From positions 50,622,765 through 50,654,781 of the forward strand of contig NC_068981.1 of NCBI RefSeq assembly GCF_001194135.2: a stretch of 32,017 nt of DNA, read 5' to 3'. The notes beneath the pieces were generated by a model, which did not search any database, was not told the origin of the DNA, and saw nothing but the letters and a program-made list of their open reading frames with translations. The first letter of the stretch is position 1. Each line of letters begins with the position of its first letter. Position numbers and translations under genes: made by a program. This document shows, one piece after another, positions 21,843 through 32,017 of the stretch. The DNA comes from Octopus bimaculoides. Taxonomy: Eukaryota.

Positions 21843-24800
21843 NNNNNNNNNNNNNNNNNNNNNNNNNNNNNNNNNNNNNNNNNNNNNNNNNNNNNNNNNN
21901 NNNNNNNNNNNNNNNNNNNNNNNNNNNNNNNNNNNNNNNNNNNNNNNNNNNNNNNNNNNNNNNNNNNNNNNNNNNNNNNNNNNNNNNNNNNNNNNNNNNN
22001 NNNNNNNNNNNNNNNNNNNNNNNNNNNNNNNNNNNNNNNNNNNNNNNNNNNNNNNNNNNNNNNNNNNNNNNNNNNNNNNNNNNNNNNNNNNNNNNNNNNN
22101 NNNNNNNNNNNNNNNNNNNNNNNNNNNNNNNNNNNNNNNNNNNNNNNNNNNNNNNNNNNNNNNNNNNNNNNNNNNNNNNNNNNNNNNNNNNNNNNNNNNN
22201 NNNNNNNNNNNNNNNNNNNNNNNNNNNNNNNNNNNNNNNNNNNNNNNNNNNNNNNNNNNNNNNNNNNNNNNNNNNNNNNNNNNNNNNNNNNNNNNNNNNN
22301 NNNNNNNNNNNNNNNNNNNNNNNNNNNNNNNNNNNNNNNNNNNNNNNNNNNNNNNNNNNNNNNNNNNNNNNNNNNNNNNNNNNNNNNNNNNNNNNNNNNN
22401 NNNNNNNNNNNNNNNNNNNNNNNNNNNNNNNNNNNNNNNNNNNNNNNNNNNNNNNNNNNNNNNNNNNNNNNNNNNNNNNNNNNNNNNNNNNNNNNNNNNN
22501 NNNNNNNNNNNNNNNNNNNNNNNNNNNNNNNNNNNNNNNNNNNNATATATATATATATATATATATATATAACCACACCCACAATATATGCGCGCACTCA
22601 TACGCCCATACCCACACATATTCTTGTATATGTTGCTTAATATGTAGGTAGCTCTGCATTAAAAAGAAACATGTCAAATTTGGCGATTAATGTCTATTAG
22701 TGTAAGGGCTTCACAGCAATAGTGTAATGTCTTCTATTATGAAGTAACCTCAGCTGGTAACATTTGAAATTATTAAGTTCAACGAGTAGCATATCCCAGA
22801 TATATACTTACATCATATGACATACTTCTCGTTAAATATAAGTAGATTCCAATGTCTAAAATAATAAAACATTTAGCTATATTGTGTTGCTATAACAAAC
22901 AACGTGAAAGTGATGTATCAAAGCTAATTTGGGACAGATTGTCGTGACACACCATTGTGTGACGAGTCTAAATTGTGACCGCTTGAAGAGCTTTGACTAT
23001 AACACATTATTTAACAATACTAACTACCAAACGATATATTAATTGAATTAATAAACCAATGTTGTTTTTACTTTTCACAAAATATAACTATGTGAAACAG
23101 TAATAATCCAAAAATAATGAACATGATGTTCGTATATTACACCTTACAGAACCGTTTATAGAAATGAGTGAGAAAGAGCAGTCTACAATAATAAAATATG
23201 ACATACGAATATTATCATTGTTATTATGAAAAGTTTAATGTAGCATGGAGGTAACACTGAAATTCACCCTTTCTACTAGATAAATAATCATTTGGACGCA
23301 TTGGGATAAATGATTCACTTATACCATTCTAAATAATTATGATTCCCTTGAGAATATTAGAGTTTCTCTCGTTACAAGATATCCGATCTAAGAGCACGCA
23401 TGCTAGTCACAACGTAAGTTAAATTCACTTAATACTACAGTTATGATGCAAAGAATGTAAGGCAGAAGGTAACGTAAATATTGTTGATTATCCCTTATGT
23501 ACCATTAAAAAGAATCCAATACTCACATAGAAAAATCACACATACACACGCACGCGCACGCACGCGCACGTATGCGCACATGCACGCACACGCATCGCAC
23601 ACACAAACTCCCCCATTATACTGCATAGACACAGACACACACAGAAACGTTATGTGTGTATCCGTTTCAACATTTGCGTATGTGTATGATTGCATGTATG
23701 TAAAGTACAAAGAACATATGTTTAAATAAATGGAATTGCATACGTATGCTTCTAGCATTTATCGAATACAGACACATAAGGACATTACTACTTGCCGAAT
23801 TGTGTGTGCATATGTACATATAATGATAAATTGAATGTTTAAGCTAATTACGGTAGCTTTGTTAATATTACCAGGAATAATAAACCTTTGATTACAGTCC
23901 TATATCTTTATATCCCTTGCGTCAGCATCAAAGATTATGAGAATCTAGATTGAGCTATTACGCCGCAGCTGATTAGATGCTTCTAGCTTCCATCTAGAAC
24001 ATGAAGGGAAGAATCAAAATAAACCGATTTTCCGGCTAAGCTTATAAAACAATAGTCTTTCATCTGCTGACAAAATAAATGTGTGGTTTGCGACTACGGT
24101 CTAAGTCATTATTTAAATGGTTGACAGTAAGAATTTGTTATGATATATAGTTATTGTAATTGATGCATTCTGTTATACGTTTATCGTGTTTTATATCAGT
24201 ACCACTAGAGAAAATACTAAAACCTTCTTCATTCACCTGAATGACAGATTATAGGTTATGTCTCGCTTTCAATGTTTCTGATAAATGAATATCTCAGATG
24301 CGTTAAGCAAGCTACTGAAACTACTTATGGTCACACGTTTCATTTTCAGGTATGGATATCTACAGAATAACTTTTCATCGTTTAATATGCATCAGTGACA
24401 TAGGAAATAAATGTAAGGTATGATTGAATGGTTTGCGTTCTTTATCGTTTTGGATAGGTAAAATCAGTTGATGCTATCATATTTCTGAGTAAATAAAACA
24501 GGTTAGTTTTGAACTCTGTACCTGTATTAATATCCATAAGCAAGTTAGGATTTAATTTCGCACAAGTAGGTGATAAAGGCTCATTTTTTTGTATACAAAA
24601 TGTTCATGCTTATTTGTGCTCTTTCTTTCTTTCTTTCTTTCTTTCTCTCTCGCTCTCCGTCTGTTTCTCTGTCTATCTCACTCGCTCTCTTTTTCTCTCT
24701 ATTATATACATATATATATACATACACACATCCACGTATACACCTATACACACACAAACGCATATATGTATATATTTATACGTGTGTGTGTGTGTTTCTG

Positions 24801-25467
24801 TGTGTATACATTCACACATCATATACAATTGTATCTTTATTGTGCTAATAGTTTAACATTATGCGCGCAATTATGCAAGTATTTGAAACCGTGCTTTTAG
24901 CGTGTTGGATAATGCTCCGAAATCCAAATTTTTAATGCAACTTTTATATCGTGTTGACCCCATTTTTGAAATATAACAATTATCTGCTATTTCCGACTGA
25001 TGCTGATAGCACACAATAAATTTGTTTTATCTGGACTTACCTACATTTAACGCATTCATGCTGAAAAGACTTCCGTATTAACTGCGTGTTAAAAGGTCGT
25101 TCAAAATGTAAATGACACTGACTGCGTGGTTTAAATATAATGGAATTATATTGTATATATAAATGCTAAATTGTATATTAAAGAAATTAGTCGTTTATAA
25201 ATTTGGAATGCAGCAACAGTGAATCAGATTCTTTTTTATGATTTTATTTCCAATATAACGAAAATCATCAACCATAATATCGAGTCACAGTTATTTTCTC
25301 TAGGGGCTTCCCACGGTACCTAATTTAAATGTTGATATTCGAAGAAACATGCAAAAATTCGAGAGAAGAAATATTTTTTCGCAGAAGCATATCAAATGTG
25401 TAAGCATGTCAAATCTCATAACAAGTGAAAGAGGTAAATAATCGTTATTATCCTGAGCCAATTTCAA

Positions 25468-25657
25468 GGCGGTGAGCTAACAGAACTGTTAGTACGCCGG
25501 GCAAATTCCTTAGCGTCATTTCGTCCGTCTTTATGCTATGAGTTAAAATTCCACCGGGATTTCATCTAATTGAGGTCGACAAAATAAGTACCATTTGAGC
25601 ATTGGGGTTGATGTAACGGATTTACTCGCTACCCCTTGAACTTGCTGGCTTTGTGCT
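25468..25657 (+). mobile_element. SINE family A copy, older and internally deleted
   Basis: 'ggcggtgagctaacagaactgttagtacgccgggcaaattccttagcg..atttcgtccgtc...gaggtcgacaaaataagtacca...tggggttgatgtaa' aligns with 7336 and 13005. Confidence 0.82.
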
Positions 25658-27539
25658 ATACAAGCTCAGCATACAGTTGGGCCTGCATCAATTGACGGAT
25701 AATTTACTCAAAATATTTTCATATCTACAGTAAACTATTTTTCTACGGATTAAAAATTGGTAAGTATTCAGAAATGTCTTGTAATAAATAAAAAGCTTAC
25801 ATGTTATTAGAAGTGAATAGTGCACACGATTTCTTTCTTTTCAAAAATTTTGATCACAATTATGATGTTAATAATAATATAATCATTATAGGGATATTCC
25901 TACTTTCCAAAAAGTATCCATAATTTGCCAAATATGTATCCCGTTCTTTTTTACTATAATATAGTTTCAGCATCATGAAAATAAATATCCACTACAAAAA
26001 TTAATATGTTTCGTTAGTATCAGATCGGGACACATTAAAATTGATAGCTGAACGTAAATTTGATGTACTGAAATGGCACGTTGAATAGCTTAAACTCAAA
26101 TTGAAGTATATATAAGGTTCAATATATCTCTGTGAAATTAGCAGTCAGGTAAATGTCAGCAGATTTTATCTGAAAAGCTTTCCAAATTGTTCATCTCATG
26201 ATGTAAGGTCTTGAGGACAATAATTGTTCCAGAAAATTCTAATAAAAATGGACTCTGTATTGAATAAATTCAGGTTGAGTGCCCTGTAAAGCATTTTAAT
26301 GCAATCATGAACAATATTTCAGATAAATTTAAGGTATCTTTTGTTCTTAAAATTGATTTCTTCATTACTTTCATAAATTCTGGAATCTCAAATTCCAGGT
26401 GAGTGACTTATTAATATAATATTGTTACATAATATAGAATTGCATATCAAGGCATTGTCGAGGATCTTTAGCTTAAAAATGAATTAGTTGTAACTATGAT
26501 TTAGTGGACAGCAGATGATAGAATCATTGTTTAGGTGTTTCCTGCGTAGATAGATTGTATGGCCAGATAGCTGCAATTAATAGGATTCTGTAGGTAAAGG
26601 TTACTGAGAAGAATTTATATCATATTCGTTGCTAATAGAAAGCTATTGACTAAATACTGCTGCATGAAATCTAGAAATACATTCCATAAAGAGGCAGATT
26701 TTGCTCAGGGGAACAAAAGCCAAGCTGGCTATGACGTTAATTACTATGACATGAGTATGTCTGTATCGTCAGTGGAGTTCATTTAACAAGAAATCTTATT
26801 TAACCTTGCTATTTTGAAGTATGAACAAATTTACTATTTTCAATCCACATCGATCGTCTTCAAACTTCGTCTATTCAGCGCGCTGCTTCCTAGAAAAACG
26901 TATATAAGCTATTGGAAGTATTTCTTCTTATTTATTAGGTTTCATCTGTAAGTAAATAGCCACCATCCATGCGGATGAAAAATAACAATATTTGCAATTT
27001 GTAAAATAGCGTATTTCATAAGAAGATAGTAATGAATTTCATCAAATAAAACATTTATAGAATAAACTCAAATTACTTTGATATCAACGCAGCTTGGCCC
27101 AGTAGAAAACAAGATAATTTCAAAATATATGTATTTTATACGCCTACATAGAGATAGAAAAAATGTATTTCACAACAAAGTATTTGTTTAAGGATGACTA
27201 AATAACACGGAAGTATGAACTTACTCAGTAAGTTTATATTTTATTTACACATTACATTGTAAAAACAATTAGTTGAACGAAAAATATTTTAACGCTATAT
27301 TATCGTTAGTAGCATATTGATTTTATGCAACACAATTACAATAAACAAAACAATGATTTTACTATTTTTATGTTATTCTTTTATTAGTAATAACAAAACT
27401 GAATTTTCGAAAAGAAAATGTATTCTTCTGCCATAATTACATTATAAATGTCATAGCAAAATGTGTTTGCATATATATATTATGTAGTTGTTTGGCGGAA
27501 CATTAGATATACTCTAAAGTAGAGGAGGGCATTGAATGT

Positions 27540-27960
27540 ATACATAGTAAACACGCCAATAGATTATTACTTAAAGAGAATATGTGTAGAGATGGACTAG
27601 CGATCAAGTTTTAAATATTAAGAGAACTGGTCGAATAGTGATAATACCACTCAAATCGCAACATCTGTTAATAAACATAATGCTTGTAAGATAGATAATT
27701 TCGGGAAGATTTCGATTATAGGCCCAATCAAGCAAGGCTGATATTCACAATGATTCCAAGAAAACGATACAGTGATATACCGAGTTGAGGGTCTGGCCAC
27801 CTTGGATGGCATAAATAAGAATTGCATGTCCGTTCTCAAAAGTGATCCAATCACATTCTTCAAGTATTTAGGACTAAGATTAAAAGTAGATACTAATCTT
27901 TCTAAGGTAAGTTATTTAGATGTCACTATAAATCCAGAAACGAAGAAATTTAACCCTTAT
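27540..27960 (+). mobile_element. Penelope-like retroelement (PLE-2), decayed reverse-transcriptase core fragment
   Basis: IYRVEGLATLD..SDPITFFKYLGLRLKVDTNLSKVSYLDVTINPET..FNPY corresponds to the PLE RT pattern G(L/I)YRDDGL..FKxxGLxIxxxxNxxxVxFLDVTLNL..YxPY, with the catalytic DD mutated. The upstream limit is approximate. Confidence 0.75.
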
Positions 27961-28147
27961 TTTTTTTCTTACAACCATAAGCATGGAAAATGTTCCTTTA
28001 ACATTCTCCCTTCTCGTTTTCTGTTTACCATCAGGAAATAGTTATTATCACTACCCCTTGATAATCCAGAACACCAAAGCGTATCAAAATATTATAACGG
28101 AGTAATTGTATATATATTTCATTTCAAAGTTTCAGCTCAGAGCTGCG

Positions 28148-28196
<49 letters not shown>

Positions 28197-28206
<10 letters not shown>

Positions 28207-28701
28207 ACTTGGGGATGGTCATATTGCCAGTTTAGCCAATAAAAACACACGCACTGTATATTTGGTGTTAATTTGCTTCAGCTTTATATTACATTAATCT
28301 TNNNNNNNNNNNNNNNNNNNNNNNNNNNNNNNNNNNNNNNNNNNNNNNNNNNNNNNNNNNNNNNNNNNNNNNNNNNNNNNNNNNNNNNNNNNNNNNNNNN
28401 NNNNNNNNNNNNNNNNNNNNNNNNNNNNNNNNNNNNNNNNNNNNNNNNNNNNNNNNNNNNNNNNNNNNNNNNNNNNNNNNNNNNNNNNNNNNNNNNNNNN
28501 NNNNNNNNNNNNNNNNNNNNNNNNNNNNNNNNNNNNNNNNNNNNNNNNNNNNNNNNNNNNNNNNNNNNNNNNNNNNNNNNNNNNNNNNNNNNNNNNNNNN
28601 NNNNNNNNNNNNNNNNNNNNNNNNNNNNAATATGACCATCCCCAAGTACAACAACATCTGTTTCAACACACGATTTCACATCAAAAATCTTGCAAAACAA
28701 A
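28197..28701. mobile_element. Non-autonomous long-TIR (foldback/MITE-like) element embedded in (TA)n, middle in a gap
   Basis: Perfect 29-bp inverted repeat: 28197-28225 (ATGTTGTTGTACTTGGGGATGGTCATATT) versus 28629-28657. (TA)n flanks both sides, at 28151-28198 and from 28701. Confidence 0.7.
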
Positions 28702-28707
28702 TATATA

Positions 28708-28752
<45 letters not shown>

Positions 28753-29905
28753 AATAAATAAATAAATGTACAGTGAGAATAAGCCTATAAAAGAACGATG
28801 AAACTCCACCCCAGTCTATAAAACATGAAAAACCTCGTTATAAAATCCGCTAAACGCAAAAGTGAATAGAGAAATTCCCTCAAAATTTCATTAAAATTTC
28901 CTCAATTTCTATATTTTTTACAGGATTTTGTTATAGGAAATATATTAAAACCTCTTGCTCTTGTAAGAAATGCGTCAGCTTGGTGAACATAGTAAATTCA
29001 TTGAGATTAAACACCAATAGATCCATCTAACTTTTATGCGATTGTAATCATAGCGTCTTATATAAGACGCAAAAGAAAGTGCAGGGCCTGAGGATTTAAA
29101 TAGTATGTTGTGCTGCTGTTGTGTTATAGAATATCGACACCAATATCCTATAAAAGAACGACATGAAATACTTCAAAACTACGCACGTAAGCATTCATTA
29201 ATCAACCGTGAAGAATATATTCCACAATTCTATCGCGCAGCATATGGCAACTCAGCGAAAACTAGTGATAGTATTTTAAGATATGATTGAGCGTCTTAAA
29301 TTCCACAATCGCCTTTAAATATGGAAGTACTTCTGCAAACATAGTGACAATATATTTGTAGGAAGAGGTAAAAATTCTCCTCCAAATTCAAAAGGAAGAA
29401 AATCTCAAACAACGTGTTACATACACGAGAAAAACTATATGTTCAAAAATACCAACAGCGAAATGAAATAAGGCTAAAGGTCTGGTAAATAGATTGCACA
29501 TTAGGTAAACAACAACAATTCGCATAACCAATCGATTCTTCACAAGGCATAGCCTCAAGCATACAATCGTTTCATTTTTATCCATTATCTATCCCTTAAT
29601 TTATCTATGACCCATACCGACGTAAACAAGTGTATATTGATATGAAAACTAACTGCCTATAATAATCATTTCCAAATTTCGCTGATGTTCACATGACCGG
29701 AATGAATATTGAAACCTTGACCATGCAGTTTTTTAGTCTTACAATCTGTCATCAAATCTCAGGTCCACAACTATATTAACCATGGTCGACATACGTCCCA
29801 CGGGAGCTAAGAGAAAATGTTAAAGTGCCTCTATTCCTTTACCTGCTTTTTCTTCTTTTTCGTTTCCCACCAAAGTTCATCTGTAAGTATTCAGATTACC
29901 GCGCA

Positions 29906-29945
<40 letters not shown>

Positions 29946-30400
29946 CAACATTTCATAAAATTCGTATCAGCGACAGGCGAGACTGTTCGGGAGTCAAGAA
30001 TTTGTTTTTCCTTATTCATGCCATACCTTGGCCATTGCAAAGAGATATCACTGTATTTCTAAACTAAACAACCAGTTTCACCCCCATGTTTCTGGCATGT
30101 TGTCGACGACCGGAGAAATACCACGATTGTGGTAATAAGTTTACAGTTATCAACATGTTTCACAACGCTCGATAGGGAAATATTCCTCCCTATCACTTCC
30201 CTGTTCATTAAATTCTGATGTTAATGGAGTTTCTGGCGGACAATAAATACATATTTTAATCTTCTTATTAGTAACTTGAGTATGCTCAAAGTATTTCAGC
30301 TTTTGTCGTCTCTGATGCCCAAACTGTATTGCTTGACTTGCCAAATGCGTTGGCTTCGTAATTAAGTACTGCCACATATACATATTTCGGTGCAAATTGA

Positions 30401-31984
30401 GATAGAGAGACAGACAGAAAGTGTGATACCCGCAACAAACGAGGTAGACCACCTACCATTACCTCAGCATACAAAAAGACCCGCTGTGAACGCTGGCATG
30501 GCTGGACGAAACCAAACCACCCACCTTCAGATGCACACGACATCAGAATTACTGTAGCACACGCTATTGGCGTAAGCCTTAAAACCACACTTAAAAATCA
30601 TATTTTTAAGTTCAACAGCAAACTATATAAACAGGAGAAAGGCGGTGCTATTGGAGTAGGGATCACCGGTGATGTTGCTAACCTCTTCATGGTATGGTGG
30701 GACAGAAAATTTAAACAGTGCTTAGCGACCCGTAACATCCACNNNNNNNNNNNNNNNNNNNNNNNNNNNNNNNNNNNNNNNNNNNNNNNNNNNNNNNNNN
30801 NNNNNNNNNNNNNNNNNNNNNNNNNNNNNNNNNNNNNNNNNNNNNNNNNNNNNNNNNNNNNNNNNNNNNNNNNNNNNNNNNNNNNNNNNNNNNNNNNNNN
30901 NNNNNNNNNNNNNNNNNNNNNNNNNNNNNNNNNNNNNNNNNNNNNNNNNNNNNNNNNNNNNNACTACCCCTCAAAACACCCCAGTAATAGGTTACCAGTC
31001 CTAGATACTGAGCTATGGATAGAAAATACTATGATTGATGGATATGTTAAACCCTGTCTACTCCACTCACACTATTCTAAACCTATGGCTAATCCACTGG
31101 TAACCCGTAGTGACTCTGCTATGTCAAGTACTGCCAAGATCAACATCCTCGTAACAGACTTAGTTAGAGTAATGAGGAATGTATCTCCACTATGTCAACC
31201 ACAGGAACGACAACAACACATCCAGCACTATATATTCCGAATGCAACGTTCCGGATACACACAACATGATAGAATCAGAGTGTACAATGGAGCAAAAACA
31301 AAATTCGTACGCATCCTAAGAGATGATGAAAACGGTACATTCCCCCTATACCGCAACAAGTTCTGGAATAGGTTAGAGAGGGATGCCAACAAAAGAAATA
31401 AGACCGACACTTGGTATGATAACAAGAAGTTTCACAGTGTGATGTTTGTTGATGCTACACCGAAGAGCATATTAAGTAAGGCATTCAAGAAAATCCTGCA
31501 CGCAACTGGCCTTAAGATCAAAGTTGTAGAAAAGACAGGTAGGACTATCAAATCTGAGTTATGTAAATCATATCCGTTTGATAGAATCATCTGTCAAAAT
31601 AATTGTGCAGTATGTTCTACAAACTCACACGTGAACTGCAAAACCAAGAACACTGTATACCAAATTAAGTGACAGGAAGGAGCTTGCGCGACCAACCCAG
31701 AGTCATACATTGGTGAGACTTCTAGGAGTATCAATGATAGGTTCAAAGAACACCTGGACAACTACATTGAAAAGAAACCTAACTCCATCTTCTATCAGCA
31801 TGCTGTAGACTGCCACAAGGGCTCCTTAGGGAGCCTTAAATTAAACGTCTTGTCCAAACATCCCACTGATGCAATGCTGAGACAGGTCACTGAAGCTGTC
31901 TGTATACAGGGGTACAAACCCTCTCTCAACCGAAAATCCGAGTGGGGTAACATCCAGATTCCACACGGGAGTACACCTCTATAG
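30401..31984 (+). mobile_element. Penelope-like retroelement (PLE-3): RT + linker + C-terminal GIY-YIG endonuclease, 5'-truncated, one in-frame TGA
   Basis: The frame is open from 30401: RGRPPTIT..LKNHIFKFNSKLYKQEKGGAIGVGITGDVANLFMVWWD, then a 220-N gap where YxDD is expected. It resumes LPVLDTELW..HYSKPM..RSGY..PLYR..MFVDATP..CQNNCAVC..NCKTKNTVYQIK*QEGAC..SYIGETSRSINDRFKEH..YQHA..RQVTEA..LNRKSEW and ends at TAG 31982-31984. The TGA is at 31670-31672. Confidence 0.95.
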
Positions 31985-32017
31985 TCACCCTTCTTTTACA
32001 CGTGGAATTCCTTTCCA

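Noticed and set aside
23545-23607. (CA/CG) alternating tract with Z-DNA potential
   Set aside because: An ordinary degenerate microsatellite, one of many in the window.
1-32017. Prokaryotic-type systems (CRISPR, operons, defence islands)
   Set aside because: The sequence is eukaryotic repeat-rich DNA; there is no repeat-spacer array or gene-dense region.

Overview
AT-rich, microsatellite-dense animal genomic DNA from a gapped draft assembly: 10 N-runs, about 2.8 kb in total. The SINE families resemble those I recall from octopod cephalopods (inference, not a database hit). I cannot support any host protein-coding gene; most listed ORFs are artefacts of microsatellites or N-runs. The interpretable content is retroelement-derived. 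There are three unrelated Penelope-like elements (PLEs). One (30401-31984) is a long RT + GIY-YIG frame whose only visible interruption is a TGA at a Cys position of the endonuclease zinc site. Also present: a CR1-group LINE 5' part (zinc-finger ORF1 + AP endonuclease), a CR1-group 3' end, an L1/Tx1-like ORF1 fragment with a hidden zinc knuckle, three tRNA-type SINE families, and a long-TIR element whose ends abut (TA)n. The best leads are the possible selenocysteine codon in the PLE, degenerate hammerhead-ribozyme folds, a 3' motif shared between a SINE and a LINE, and a microsatellite-associated foldback element.
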